Positions 11,536 to 21,485 of a stretch of DNA of 64,000 nucleotides are shown here, piece after piece. The translations under genes and the position numbers were made by a program. The stretch is from Spirochaetia bacterium (lineage in GTDB: Bacteria > Spirochaetota > Spirochaetia > UBA9216). Below the pieces are notes generated by a model. That model saw only the letters and a list, made by a program, of their open reading frames with translations. It ran no database searches and was not told where the DNA came from. The stretch covers positions 320,001 through 384,000 of the forward strand of contig OZ223267.1 of NCBI GenBank assembly GCA_965140585.1. The letters run 5' to 3'. Position 1 is the stretch's first letter, and each line of letters opens with the position of its first letter.

Positions 11536-12000
11536 ATGAAGAGATTGCTGTTTGTATTTGATCTTGATTTTACTTTATGGGATTGCGGAGGAACCTGGTG
11601 TGACTGTACCGACCCTCCCTTCCGTGTTGAAAATGGCCGTGTTCTGGACAGCTGTGAAAGACATATTTCATTATATCCGGAGGTTCGGTCTATTCTGCAA
11701 ACTCTGACTGATACTGGACATCATCTGGCTGCGGCCTCCAGAACACACCAGCCTGCCTGGGCGGTACAGCTGCTAAAGCTTCTGCAAGTAGAGCATTTCT
11801 TTGATTACCTGGAAATATTTCCCGGACCAAAGCCTCCGCATTTCAGAAGTCTGAAGAAAAGAAGCGGATTTGCCTATGAGCAGATGGTCTTTTTTGATGA
11901 TGAGCTGAGAAATATTGATGATATCAGTGCTCTTGGAGTTCAGGCTGTCTATGTGGACAGAGGAGTTCACTGGAGTGATGTGGAACCATTTCTGAAATAG
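11536..12000 (+). CDS. Magnesium-dependent phosphatase-1 family HAD hydrolase
   Basis: VFDLDFTLW, ASRT, FFDDE.RN. Confidence 0.88.
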   Translation: MKRLLFVFDLDFTLWDCGGTWCDCTDPPFRVENGRVLDSCERHISLYPEVRSILQTLTDTGHHLAAASRTHQPAWAVQLLKLLQVEHFFDYLEIFPGPKPPHFRSLKKRSGFAYEQMVFFDDELRNIDDISALGVQAVYVDRGVHWSDVEPFLK

Positions 12001-12004
12001 GCGT

Positions 12005-13228
12005 TTACAGCGAATCCTCGGTTATAACATCAAATGTGATTCCAAGTTTTGCAGCTTCATCGATAAAAAACTTCCTTGCATCTGCATCCAGCGCCTCAGG
12101 TGCTATCAGGCCCCTGGTATTTATAACATCGTTTACAAGCATTTTGGTAAATATAAAGGCGCTCTGTCCCGTCAGGTAGGATTCGTGACTAATTCCTGCT
12201 TTTTCAAATGATTCAATCAATCCCGGAGTATTAACATAAACTGTTTTCCTAAGCGGATTTCCGGATTTCGTTCCTTCGAGAATTATCTGAAATGCACCTT
12301 CTTCGGTGATGAGCCCTTCTTCTATTATTTCTGCAATTTCTTCCCTGTACTTGGGTGCCTGCGGTGTCTGGCTGATAACCAGATCAAAGGGGATGTATTC
12401 TGTATTTCCGGAGAGCCGCTTTTCTTTTGAAAGAAAGCCCATATTATACAGGGTTTCAGATACTTCCACATGGGGACCGCCGTATCTGAACAGAATATTC
12501 TTTGCTCCTTTCAGATATTTTTCAGCATTCAGACCCATGGTTATCGGTTCTTCATGGTTATGATCAACCATCCGTATTTCCTTATCGACTCCCGGAAATT
12601 TCATCATAACCGGATTGCCGAATTGGCGGGTGAAAATATGCCTGCCATCTTCAAAACGTATAGGAACTTCTGCCATATCGGCAAATGCCACCTCCGGTGA
12701 CCACCAGAATGGAATAAACCTTTTTGACCAGACACCTTCATAAACATTTATTTCTATGCTGTTAACACTGTCGAAATACTCAGCAGTCTCGCGGCATATA
12801 ACATTTGCAAGTCCGGGTGCGGAGCCTGTGTTCGTAAGCGCGAGGCAGCCAGCTTCTGTAAACTTTACATTCATTTCGGTGAACATGTATCGGGTGGACT
12901 CAACAGCATCAAGGCCTGCTATTTCGGTCATGCAGAGATCCTGATAATTCACCCTGCATTTTAAGGCTGCTTCCATTACAGAAAGGTTAAAATTAATAGG
13001 CAGACCGTTGAGTACTATATCCGAGCCGGTAAACAGTTTTTCAAGTTCAGCAGCTGATTTGGCGTTAATCTGAACCGCAGAAGCTTTCTCCAGTCCCTCA
13101 GTTGCAGCTTCCGCTGCTTTCAGACTGTAATCAGCGCAAATAATTGATTTTACATTCTCTTCTTTATTAAGGAGTTTCGCGGCAGCTGTGCCCTGAGCTC
13201 CTGAGCCGAGTACTATTACCGTTTTCAT
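12005..13228 (-). CDS. Saccharopine dehydrogenase family oxidoreductase
   Basis: GSGAQG Rossmann motif, G.APG..N, HEE motif; substrate unknown. Confidence 0.8.
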   Translation of the reverse strand: MKTVIVLGSGAQGTAAAKLLNKEENVKSIICADYSLKAAEAATEGLEKASAVQINAKSAAELEKLFTGSDIVLNGLPINFNLSVMEAALKCRVNYQDLCMTEIAGLDAVESTRYMFTEMNVKFTEAGCLALTNTGSAPGLANVICRETAEYFDSVNSIEINVYEGVWSKRFIPFWWSPEVAFADMAEVPIRFEDGRHIFTRQFGNPVMMKFPGVDKEIRMVDHNHEEPITMGLNAEKYLKGAKNILFRYGGPHVEVSETLYNMGFLSKEKRLSGNTEYIPFDLVISQTPQAPKYREEIAEIIEEGLITEEGAFQIILEGTKSGNPLRKTVYVNTPGLIESFEKAGISHESYLTGQSAFIFTKMLVNDVINTRGLIAPEALDADARKFFIDEAAKLGITFDVITEDSL

Positions 13229-13398
13229 AATTTCACCTTCCGGATTTTTGTTTCATCTGATTATATCTGCCTGAAGCTTGCAGATAATTTTCATCTGAAG
13301 TATAATAACAACGAATATAGATTATAGTCAATGTTTATTATATGTAAAACATAAATATAACGATATAAAAAATACGAATATAGTAGAAGGGGTGCAGT

Positions 13399-13869
13399 GT
13401 GAAGCCTGAGATCGATGAAATAGATTCAAAAATAATATGCTTTCTGCAGAAAGACGGCCGGATGGCTTATACCAGGATTGCAGAAGAGATAGGTATTGCT
13501 GAAGCGACTGTGAGAACACGTGCCCAGCGGATGATGAAGGACGGCGTTATTGAGATAGTCGCAGTATGCGATCCTGTCAAGGTCGGGTTCGCCATGGCAG
13601 GAAACATGAAGCTGTATATTGAATCGCACAAACTCGATGAAATAGTTGAAAGTCTCAGAAAGATGCGGAATATTACCTATGTCGCTGTAATGATAGGTGA
13701 TTCAAATATAGACTGCGATTTTATTGCCGAATCACTTGAGGATCTGCATCAGCTCGTTTATGAGAAAATTGCTAAAATTAACGGTGTTCAGAAAATCGAT
13801 ACGGCTATTGTCAGCGGATATAAGAAAGAGATTTATGATTACGGAACCTGTTTTCACCGTCCCTCATAG
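13399..13869 (+). CDS. Lrp/AsnC family transcriptional regulator
   Basis: DEIDSKII..LQKDGR..YT.IA..IG..E.TVRTR HTH plus AsnC C-terminal domain; GTG start. Confidence 0.92.
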   Translation: MKPEIDEIDSKIICFLQKDGRMAYTRIAEEIGIAEATVRTRAQRMMKDGVIEIVAVCDPVKVGFAMAGNMKLYIESHKLDEIVESLRKMRNITYVAVMIGDSNIDCDFIAESLEDLHQLVYEKIAKINGVQKIDTAIVSGYKKEIYDYGTCFHRPS

Positions 13870-13875
13870 ATAGCT

Positions 13876-13914
13876 ATAAAAAATCCCCGAAGCAGTCAGA
13901 GCCGCCCGGGGATT
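13876..13914 (-). terminator. Rho-independent terminator downstream of ilvC
   Basis: Minus strand: AATCCCCG...CGGGGATT stem followed by a U-tract, between convergent genes. Confidence 0.7.
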
Positions 13915-13963
13915 CAGTATTCTTCCCGCATGGTTAAGAACATGCGAAGAGAGCCTCCTGCAA

Positions 13964-15427
13964 TTAAAGTGCTTTCATTGCAGTCATGTAGCCGCGGAGA
14001 GTTCTTCCGATTACTTCTACCGGATGATTTCTGATTGCATCGTTAACCCTGATCAGCTCAACATTGTCTACTTCATTTTCTCCTGCAGCATAGGTCTTTC
14101 CTATAACATCGGTTGAAACCTTCTTCATGAAGTCTCCAAGCAGCGGAACACAGTCATTTGCAAAGAGGTAGCATCCGTACTCTGCGGTATCTGAAATAAC
14201 CTTGTTCATCTCATAGAGTTTCTTTCTGCTTATAAGGTTGGCAATAAGCGGAGTTTCATGAAGTGATTCATAGTATGCAGATTCAGCCTTGATACCTGAG
14301 TTTGTCATGGTTTCAAACGCAAGTTCAACACCGGCCTTAATCATCGCAACCATAAGAACTCCGTTGTCAAAGTATTCCTGCTCGCTTATGTCCATTGTAC
14401 CTGCCGGAGTCTGTTCGAATGCACTTGCACCTGTTTCTTCTCTCCATGTAAGAAGGTTCTTGTCGTCATTTGCCCAGTCTGCCATCATGGTTGAAGAGAA
14501 TTCACCGCTGATAATATCATCCATATGCTTTGTATACAGTTCAGCCATGATCTCCTTGAGTTCAAGAGAGAGCTGGTGAGCCTTGATTTTAGCAGGATTT
14601 GAAAGACGATCCATCATGTTGGTGATTCCGCCCTGCTTCATTGCTTCCGTAACTGTTTCCCAGCCGTACTGAATAAGTTTTGAAGCGTATGCCTTGTCGA
14701 TCCCCTCAGCTACCATCTTGTCAAAGCAAAGAAGGCTGCCGGTCTGAAGCATTCCGCAGAGAATGGTCTGCTCTCCCATAAGGTCTGATTTTACTTCTGC
14801 AACGAATGATGAGCCGAGAACCCCGGCTCTGTCGCCGCCTGTACCGCAACAGTATGCCTTGGCTATTTCAATACCGTCGCCGTTTGGATCATTTTCCGGA
14901 TGCACAGCAATCAGGGTCGGTACACCGAAACCTCTCTTGTATTCTTCACGAACCTCAGAGCCCGGTGATTTAGGGGCAATCATGATTACAGTGATATCCT
15001 CTCTGATCTGCATTCCCTCTTCAACGATGTTGAAGCCGTGTGAGTAGGAGAGGGTTGCTCCCTTTTTCATAAGAGGCATTATCTTTCCAACAACATTTGA
15101 GTGCTGTTTATCCGGAGTAAGGTTTGCAACCAGGTCAGCCTGGGGAATCATTTCTTCATGTGTTCCAACTGCAAAGCCGTTTTCACTTGCATTGAGGTAT
15201 GACTGTCTTTTCTGTTCAATTGCCTCTTTTCTGAGGGCGTATGAAACATCAAGACCGCTGTCTCTAAGGTTCAGTCCCTGGTTAAGGCCCTGGGCGCCGC
15301 ATCCTACGATTACAATCTTTTTGCCTTTAAGTTTATCCACGCCTGAGAAGACTGATTTATCAAGAAAATCACAGGTTCCCAGCTGTCGAATCTGCTCTCG
15401 CAGTGGAATCGAGTTAAAATAATTCAT
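13964..15427 (-). CDS. ilvC: Ketol-acid reductoisomerase, long (class II) form
   Basis: MNYFNS..LR start, [33 protein letters not shown]; 487 aa. Confidence 0.97.
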   Translation of the reverse strand: MNYFNSIPLREQIRQLGTCDFLDKSVFSGVDKLKGKKIVIVGCGAQGLNQGLNLRDSGLDVSYALRKEAIEQKRQSYLNASENGFAVGTHEEMIPQADLVANLTPDKQHSNVVGKIMPLMKKGATLSYSHGFNIVEEGMQIREDITVIMIAPKSPGSEVREEYKRGFGVPTLIAVHPENDPNGDGIEIAKAYCCGTGGDRAGVLGSSFVAEVKSDLMGEQTILCGMLQTGSLLCFDKMVAEGIDKAYASKLIQYGWETVTEAMKQGGITNMMDRLSNPAKIKAHQLSLELKEIMAELYTKHMDDIISGEFSSTMMADWANDDKNLLTWREETGASAFEQTPAGTMDISEQEYFDNGVLMVAMIKAGVELAFETMTNSGIKAESAYYESLHETPLIANLISRKKLYEMNKVISDTAEYGCYLFANDCVPLLGDFMKKVSTDVIGKTYAAGENEVDNVELIRVNDAIRNHPVEVIGRTLRGYMTAMKAL

Positions 15428-15456
15428 ATATTTATCCTTATAATATTGTTAAATGA

Positions 15457-15485
15457 AGAATAACTCTTGTATCAGGCCTTGTCAA
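15457..15485 (-). promoter_or_regulatory. sigma70 promoter of ilvC
   Basis: Minus strand TTGACA-N17-TATTCT. Confidence 0.65.
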
Positions 15486-15487
15486 CC

Positions 15488-15533
15488 TTGCAAATATTGC
15501 AAATATATACATTTATAATTGCTATAAACGCAA
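15488..15533. promoter_or_regulatory. Tandem LysR-type (IlvY-like) operator sites
   Basis: TTGCAAATATTGCAA (15488-15502) and TTGCTATAAACGCAA (15519-15533), 31 bp apart, abutting the ilvC -35. Confidence 0.55.
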
Positions 15534-15577
15534 ATACAGGTATAGAAAAAAGATCACAATAGATTTAGAATCAATCC

Positions 15578-17059
15578 ATGAAAACTTCTTCAAAACAGGC
15601 ACTGATATCATTTAAAGATGTAAGCATCGTCAGTAAATCCGGACTTAAACTTGAAAAGATGAATTTTGAAATTCCTGCTTCAGGAATATTATGCATTTAC
15701 GGGCCTAACGGTTCCGGAAAGGGGCTTATAAGCGGTCTGATAGACGGCAGTCTTAAACCAGCCAGCGGCGAGCTGATTAGAAGTGCAGAAATTACCCGTT
15801 CCAGTGTTGTTACAGTGTCTCAGGCTGAACAGAAAAAGATCATGGATTATGAGCGATATTTTGATGACAGTGAGTTTATGCAAGGAGCAACGGATCCCGG
15901 AAGAAGTGTAAGAAAGATAATACTTGAAAATATTACAGAAGATGGAAGGATAGCCTTTGAAGAACTGTCTGAAAAGCTCGGAATGGAAAAAATTCTTGGG
16001 CGTGGACTGAGATTTCTTTCAACCGGTGAATTCAGAAAGACAATGATTCTCAGGGGAGCATGTTCATCGCCTGAAATTCTGATTCTTGACGATCCATGCA
16101 CTGGACTTGATATTACCTCACGTGAAGAGCTGCACAGTCTAATTCCTCATCTGCTTGATTATGTCCGGACTGTTATTATTTTTACAGGGCGGTCACATGA
16201 TATTCCTGAATGTGCGGACAGAATCCTCAGAATTGAAAATAGCACTGTGTCTGTTGTTGATGATCGAAGCGGGCTTACCGTAAAATCTTCAGAAATAAGA
16301 AAAGACGGTCTTGAAGCACTTATTGATAATTCTGCAGAAAAGACTGACAGCCAGAAAACTTCTGAACTGATATCGATGACAAATGTAAATTTAAGCTACT
16401 ATGAGGTGCCTATTCTTAAGGATATCAACTGGAGTGTAAAGGCAGGAGAGCACTGGAAACTGAGCGGTCCAAACGGCTCCGGCAAAACCACATTGCTGAG
16501 CCTTATAAATGGAGACAACCCTAAGGCTTACGGACAGGATATTTATCTCTTTGGAAGGAAAAAGGGTTCCGGTGAAAGTATCTGGGATCTAAAAAAGGAA
16601 ATAGGCGTTGTCTCCGGAGCGCTTCAGCATAGTTATCGAATCAGACAGACTGTCATGGAAGTTATTATGTCAGGTTTTTTTGATACTATCGGATTGTATG
16701 ATAAGCCTGAGCTTCACCAGCGAGAAATGGCAGAGAAATGGTGCCGGGGACTCGGTATTATAGAATACAGAGACAGGGAATTTCCCGGTCTTTCCGCCGG
16801 TATCGCCAGAGTAGCGCTTATTGCTAGGGCTATGGTCAAAAAACCGGAACTGCTGATTTTTGATGAACCCTGTCAGGGGCTGGATGATGAAAATTCCAGA
16901 TTTATTCTTGATGCGGCTGAAGCCATAATCAGCAGCCGTCATTCGACTCTGCTTTATGTCAGTCATGATACAGATTTTCAGCTTAAGGGAATTACCCATA
17001 ATCTTCAGCTTGTTCCGCATCCTGACGGCGGCTCGACCTGTGAAATCAGTATGAACTGA
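15578..17059 (+). CDS. ModF-like ABC ATPase with two ATPase domains
   Basis: GPNGSGK twice, LSTGE, LFGRKKGSGESIWDLKKEIG, DEPCQGLD. Confidence 0.85.
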   Translation: MKTSSKQALISFKDVSIVSKSGLKLEKMNFEIPASGILCIYGPNGSGKGLISGLIDGSLKPASGELIRSAEITRSSVVTVSQAEQKKIMDYERYFDDSEFMQGATDPGRSVRKIILENITEDGRIAFEELSEKLGMEKILGRGLRFLSTGEFRKTMILRGACSSPEILILDDPCTGLDITSREELHSLIPHLLDYVRTVIIFTGRSHDIPECADRILRIENSTVSVVDDRSGLTVKSSEIRKDGLEALIDNSAEKTDSQKTSELISMTNVNLSYYEVPILKDINWSVKAGEHWKLSGPNGSGKTTLLSLINGDNPKAYGQDIYLFGRKKGSGESIWDLKKEIGVVSGALQHSYRIRQTVMEVIMSGFFDTIGLYDKPELHQREMAEKWCRGLGIIEYRDREFPGLSAGIARVALIARAMVKKPELLIFDEPCQGLDDENSRFILDAAEAIISSRHSTLLYVSHDTDFQLKGITHNLQLVPHPDGGSTCEISMN

Positions 17060-17102
17060 TTTTATCTGAAATTCAAAAATTTATAAAAAACTTAAATATC
17101 TC

Positions 17103-17129
17103 TAAACTGCCTTTTTTAAATTCCGATGA
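17103..17129 (+). promoter_or_regulatory. Putative sigma28 (FliA) promoter of the flgN-flgK operon
   Basis: TAAA-N15-TCCGATGA versus consensus TAAA-N15-GCCGATAA. Confidence 0.6.
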
Positions 17130-17149
17130 TTAAAAAGAGGTATTATCTG

Positions 17150-17650
17150 ATGACTATTAACATACTGAGCGAAAAACTTGCAGATCTCATGGAGAAGGAA
17201 ACGGATCTTATTGAAACCATAAGTACCGAGGAACAGCTTCTCCAGAAAACCCTCGCAGAAAAGAACTGGTCTGAATTGGAAAAAGTTATCTGCAGACTTT
17301 CACCGCTTTCAGCTAAGGTTGAAAAAATTGAATCTGATCGCGAAAAAGTTTTCAATACACTCATGGATGCCTGCGGTAAAAAGGAATCTGAAGGCTTTTA
17401 TGCTGTCGCGATGTACATGGAAGGCGATGTAAAAGAACGCTGTATGGCCTCATACAGAAAACTTAAAGTATCTCTTTTGAAAGTTCAAAGTATAACCGGA
17501 AGTATTGATCAGTATGTTAAGAACGTTGGAAATACAACACAGAAAATTTTAAGTGAAATCTTTCCGTACAGGAAAGGAAGTATATATTCCAGTCGCGGAG
17601 GTACCAGGCCGGTGCACAGCGACCCGATGGTGTTTAACAGGCACTTCTAA
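17150..17650 (+). CDS. flgN: FlgN family flagellar export chaperone
   Basis: Helical protein directly upstream of flgK, with C-terminal Y...G motif. Confidence 0.7.
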   Translation: MTINILSEKLADLMEKETDLIETISTEEQLLQKTLAEKNWSELEKVICRLSPLSAKVEKIESDREKVFNTLMDACGKKESEGFYAVAMYMEGDVKERCMASYRKLKVSLLKVQSITGSIDQYVKNVGNTTQKILSEIFPYRKGSIYSSRGGTRPVHSDPMVFNRHF

Positions 17651-17661
17651 AGGAGAAGAGC

Positions 17662-19539
17662 ATGCAGTCAACCTTTTCAGGAATTGAGTTGGGAAAACGC
17701 GGTCTTGTATCTCATACAACAGGACTTCAGACTATAGGACATAACGTAACCAATGCCTCAGTAGAAGGCTATTCACGGCAGAGAGTAGAGATGGGGGCTG
17801 TGGATCCGCTTTATGTACCCGGACTCAACAGAGAGAACACTCCCGGACAGATCGGACAGGGTGTTGAAGTTACAAGAATAGAAAGAATCCGTGACATGCT
17901 TCTTGAAAACAGAATAGTCGGGCAGGGCAGTGATGTCGGCTGGTGGGAAACCCGTGATAAATACATCCTGATGGTTGAGCAGGTATACAACGAGCCGACA
18001 GAGTCTTCATTAAGAACGAGGATGGACAAATTCTGGGAATCATGGCAGGAACTCTCCCTCCACCCGGATGAACTTGCCTCACGTCAGGCAGTTCTTGAAC
18101 GTGGAGAAGCTCTGAATAACAGTATTAACTCACGCTACGAGTCACTTGCAGAGATTCGTACAATGCTTAATGAAGATGTACAGGTTACTGTAGATCGGGT
18201 TAACGCGATACTCGATAAAATATCAGCTGTTAATGAGCAGATTGTCAAAGTAGAAGCAATGGGAGACAACCCAAATGATTTATACGATCAGCGTGACCGT
18301 CTGGTTCGTGATATGTCATCAATAATCGATATCTCGACCGATGGACGTGATCCTGATGAATTTACTATTCATACCGGCGGCCTGCATCTAATGCAGGGAA
18401 AGCTCAAACATACACTTGATGCTGTTGCCAATCCGCAGAATGACGGATACCTTGATGTCGTCTGGGCCGATAACGGAGAAAGGGCATATTTTTCTTCCGG
18501 AAGCCTTCCCGCTCTTGTTGAGCTTCGCGATGGAGATGTCCGTTCTGAAATACAGAATCTCGATATGATGGCAGTTAACTTCGTTGATCTTGTAAATGAA
18601 ATTCACAGTAACGCCTGGGGACAGAATGGAAAAACAGGTACTGATTTTTTCAAGGAATATCCTTTTATAAATAATCTTGCCGGAAATTATGACCGGAATG
18701 GCGACGGTGCCTATGATTCAAGCTGGATCTTTAGAATGAACGGTGCCAACAGCCTTGAAGCTCAGGAGCAGATAGGCATAAGAGGTACAATTACGCTTAG
18801 TGCATCGGAAGGTAATAAAACTATCGATTACTTTCCAACAGACAGTGTTCAGGATGTTATAGACCGTATTAATTATTCAGGAAGTGAAGTTACAGCCGGG
18901 TTGAATATGTTCAACCAGCTTACTCTCAAGGGAACTCCGTCAGATGCTATAGATAATCCCGATTTCGTTATCCGATATGTTGAAGATTCAGGCAGCTTTC
19001 TCACAGGATACGCTGGAATACTTGCTGGCTCAGGTCCGGAAGGTGCGTACAGCTGGGAAACAGCAGATGCAGTGAATCAGCTTAGAACCGGTGAAGCAGG
19101 GTACGCCGTAGCTCCGCTCTCTCACCCCTCAGGCTACATGGAACTCACCAATGCAGTTAAAAATGATCCCGGTTCGATTGCAGCCGGATTCGGCGAGAAC
19201 GGAAGAGCTGCAATGCCCGGCGATGGTACTGCAGCACTGGCGATAGCATCGCTGCGCAACAGTTCGGTGATGATTGGTGATGTTCCCGGATTTGATGAAT
19301 ACTTCTCCGCCACTGTAGCTGATATCGGGCTCAGAGGTGAAACCGCCGAGCGTTCACTTGAAACAGAAGAAATAATTATGAAAGAGCTTTCAGATATGCA
19401 GGAATCAATATCAGGTGTAAATATGGATGAGGAACTTGCAGAGATGATAAAATTTCAGCACGGTTATTCCGCTGCTGCGAAGGTAGTTAATACCTTTGAT
19501 GAAATGCTCGATACAATAATCAACAGGATGGGGGTATAA
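17662..19539 (+). CDS. flgK: Flagellar hook-associated protein 1
   Basis: STFSGIELGKRGL..GHNVTNA..GYSRQ; C-terminal SGVNMDEE. Confidence 0.96.
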   Translation: MQSTFSGIELGKRGLVSHTTGLQTIGHNVTNASVEGYSRQRVEMGAVDPLYVPGLNRENTPGQIGQGVEVTRIERIRDMLLENRIVGQGSDVGWWETRDKYILMVEQVYNEPTESSLRTRMDKFWESWQELSLHPDELASRQAVLERGEALNNSINSRYESLAEIRTMLNEDVQVTVDRVNAILDKISAVNEQIVKVEAMGDNPNDLYDQRDRLVRDMSSIIDISTDGRDPDEFTIHTGGLHLMQGKLKHTLDAVANPQNDGYLDVVWADNGERAYFSSGSLPALVELRDGDVRSEIQNLDMMAVNFVDLVNEIHSNAWGQNGKTGTDFFKEYPFINNLAGNYDRNGDGAYDSSWIFRMNGANSLEAQEQIGIRGTITLSASEGNKTIDYFPTDSVQDVIDRINYSGSEVTAGLNMFNQLTLKGTPSDAIDNPDFVIRYVEDSGSFLTGYAGILAGSGPEGAYSWETADAVNQLRTGEAGYAVAPLSHPSGYMELTNAVKNDPGSIAAGFGENGRAAMPGDGTAALAIASLRNSSVMIGDVPGFDEYFSATVADIGLRGETAERSLETEEIIMKELSDMQESISGVNMDEELAEMIKFQHGYSAAAKVVNTFDEMLDTIINRMGV

Positions 19540-19544
19540 ACTGA

Positions 19545-20792
19545 ATGAAACGAATCAGTACCTACATGCCGAATGACGATATGCAGTACCGTATGCGGCT
19601 ACAGGAATGGAAGATGGGAGATCTTCAGTCGAAGATCGCAGAGCAGACCCGGGTTAAGGAACTACGTGATGATCCTATCGCTGCAGCTCATTCCACACGA
19701 TATCAATCCAAAATATCACGGTTGACAAGATTTACCGAGAATATTGAAACAGTGCAGAGTGATCACCGTATTGCGGAAGGCTATATCACCAGTGCAAATA
19801 ATATCCTGCTTAGAATTCGGGAGCTGGCCGTGCAGGGCGCCAATGATACATATTCAAAAGAAGACAAGTCCTATATGGCAGAAGAAGTTGATCAGCTGCT
19901 TAATGAACTTGTTGAAATATCAAATGCTACAAACGGGAACGGTCAGACCATTTTTGCAGGTGATAAAAATAAGGGGCTTGCATTCAGGGCGGATTCAGGC
20001 AATGTTCCAGGTGCTTCAGGTACAAGAATTACCTCCGTTGAATATACTGGAACTGTTAACAAGCAGGCTGCTGAAATTTCAGATCATAACCTTATTAATG
20101 TAGATTTTCCTGGAAACAGAGTTTTCTGGGCTGAGCAGCAGCAAATATTTTCATCTGTGAATGCTTCCGAATACAGGGCGCTTGAAGACTCATCAATTCT
20201 TATTGATGGAGAAAAAATTGAAATAAAATCCGGTGATAATATTCATGCAGTAATTTCGAGGATAAACAAGGCTGATATTGCGGTAAAAGCTTCTTTGGAT
20301 CCTGTCACAAGTTCAGTTATTCTTAAGTCTACCATGCCTCATCAGATATGGCTTGAAGACGGGGGTGATGGAACTGTTCTAAAAGATCTCGGAGTAATTT
20401 CCGCTTCAGCGGGCAGCCCTCCAGCCAACATCCATCGTGATGCTCGTGTTTCCGGCGGTTCATTATTTGATATGGTAATCAGTCTACGAGACAATCTATA
20501 TGCCGGAAATACTATCGATATAGGCGGAAAAGCTCTAAAAGGCCTTGATCTCGCTCACAACAACATGTTATCCGAACTTGCACGCCTTGGTGCCGAAGAT
20601 GAGAGAATGCAGGTAGTGAATGAACGCCTTTCTTATGAAATACCAAATATTCAGCAGATGGATTCCAATGCTGTAGATCTTGATTTTGCCGAAGCTATAA
20701 CTGAACTTAAAATGATGGAAAGGACTCAGCAGGCTACCCTGCAGACCGCTGCTAAAATATTAAAACCAACACTGCTGGATTATTTGAGGTAA
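19545..20792 (+). CDS. flgL: Flagellar hook-associated protein 3
   Basis: MKRIST, DDPIAA, RELAVQGAN, PTLLDYLR. Confidence 0.95.
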   Translation: MKRISTYMPNDDMQYRMRLQEWKMGDLQSKIAEQTRVKELRDDPIAAAHSTRYQSKISRLTRFTENIETVQSDHRIAEGYITSANNILLRIRELAVQGANDTYSKEDKSYMAEEVDQLLNELVEISNATNGNGQTIFAGDKNKGLAFRADSGNVPGASGTRITSVEYTGTVNKQAAEISDHNLINVDFPGNRVFWAEQQQIFSSVNASEYRALEDSSILIDGEKIEIKSGDNIHAVISRINKADIAVKASLDPVTSSVILKSTMPHQIWLEDGGDGTVLKDLGVISASAGSPPANIHRDARVSGGSLFDMVISLRDNLYAGNTIDIGGKALKGLDLAHNNMLSELARLGAEDERMQVVNERLSYEIPNIQQMDSNAVDLDFAEAITELKMMERTQQATLQTAAKILKPTLLDYLR

Positions 20793-21253
20793 TGATGTTA
20801 ACAGTAAATACAAAGGCGTATGGAACAATTGAAGTTGATGAGCGCCAGAAGATAACTTTTTCAAATGGACTATTCGGTTTTGAAAACCTTCATGAATTTG
20901 TACTGCTCGATGCTCAGCAGCAGCCTTTTTACTGGTTGCAGTCTCTTGAAGTGAAGGAAACAGCCTTTGTAATGATAAATCCGGGAGTTTTCAGAACAGA
21001 TTACTATCCGGACATAATTTCAGCTGATATGGTTGATCTTCAGCTTGATAATCTTAAAGATCCTTCTGCTCTCATTTTTGCAATTGTAACTATCCCTGAG
21101 AACCAGCAGAAGATGTCTGCCAATCTGCAGGGGCCTGTTATCATCAATAAAGAAAAGAAAATAGGTAAACAGAGTATAACAATTGACTCCTGTTGGAAAA
21201 CGAAGCATTACATTCTTGAGGAACTTGCAGGATCAAGAGGTAAGGCATGCTGA
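20792..21253 (+). CDS. fliW: Flagellar assembly factor / CsrA antagonist FliW
   Basis: [22 protein letters not shown]. Confidence 0.95.
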   Translation: MMLTVNTKAYGTIEVDERQKITFSNGLFGFENLHEFVLLDAQQQPFYWLQSLEVKETAFVMINPGVFRTDYYPDIISADMVDLQLDNLKDPSALIFAIVTIPENQQKMSANLQGPVIINKEKKIGKQSITIDSCWKTKHYILEELAGSRGKAC

Positions 21254-21480
21254 TACTTACCAGAAAAATAAATGAAAGCATCACCATTGGCGACAATATA
21301 GAAATTTCAGTAGTAGAGATCAAGGGCGATCAGGTTAAAATCGGAATTAATGCCCCTAAAGAAATAAAAGTATTTAGAAAAGAAGTTTATATGGCTATCC
21401 AGAAAGAAAATGAAGAAGCTGCGGCAAGCAGTGCTCTGGTACTTCCTGAAATTACAGATCTAATCCGTGATAAGGAATAA
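21247..21480 (+). CDS. csrA: Carbon storage regulator CsrA
   Basis: [16 protein letters not shown]...VKIGINAP...REVY. Confidence 0.97.
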   Translation: MLILTRKINESITIGDNIEISVVEIKGDQVKIGINAPKEIKVFRKEVYMAIQKENEEAAASSALVLPEITDLIRDKE

Positions 21481-21485
21481 ATAAA

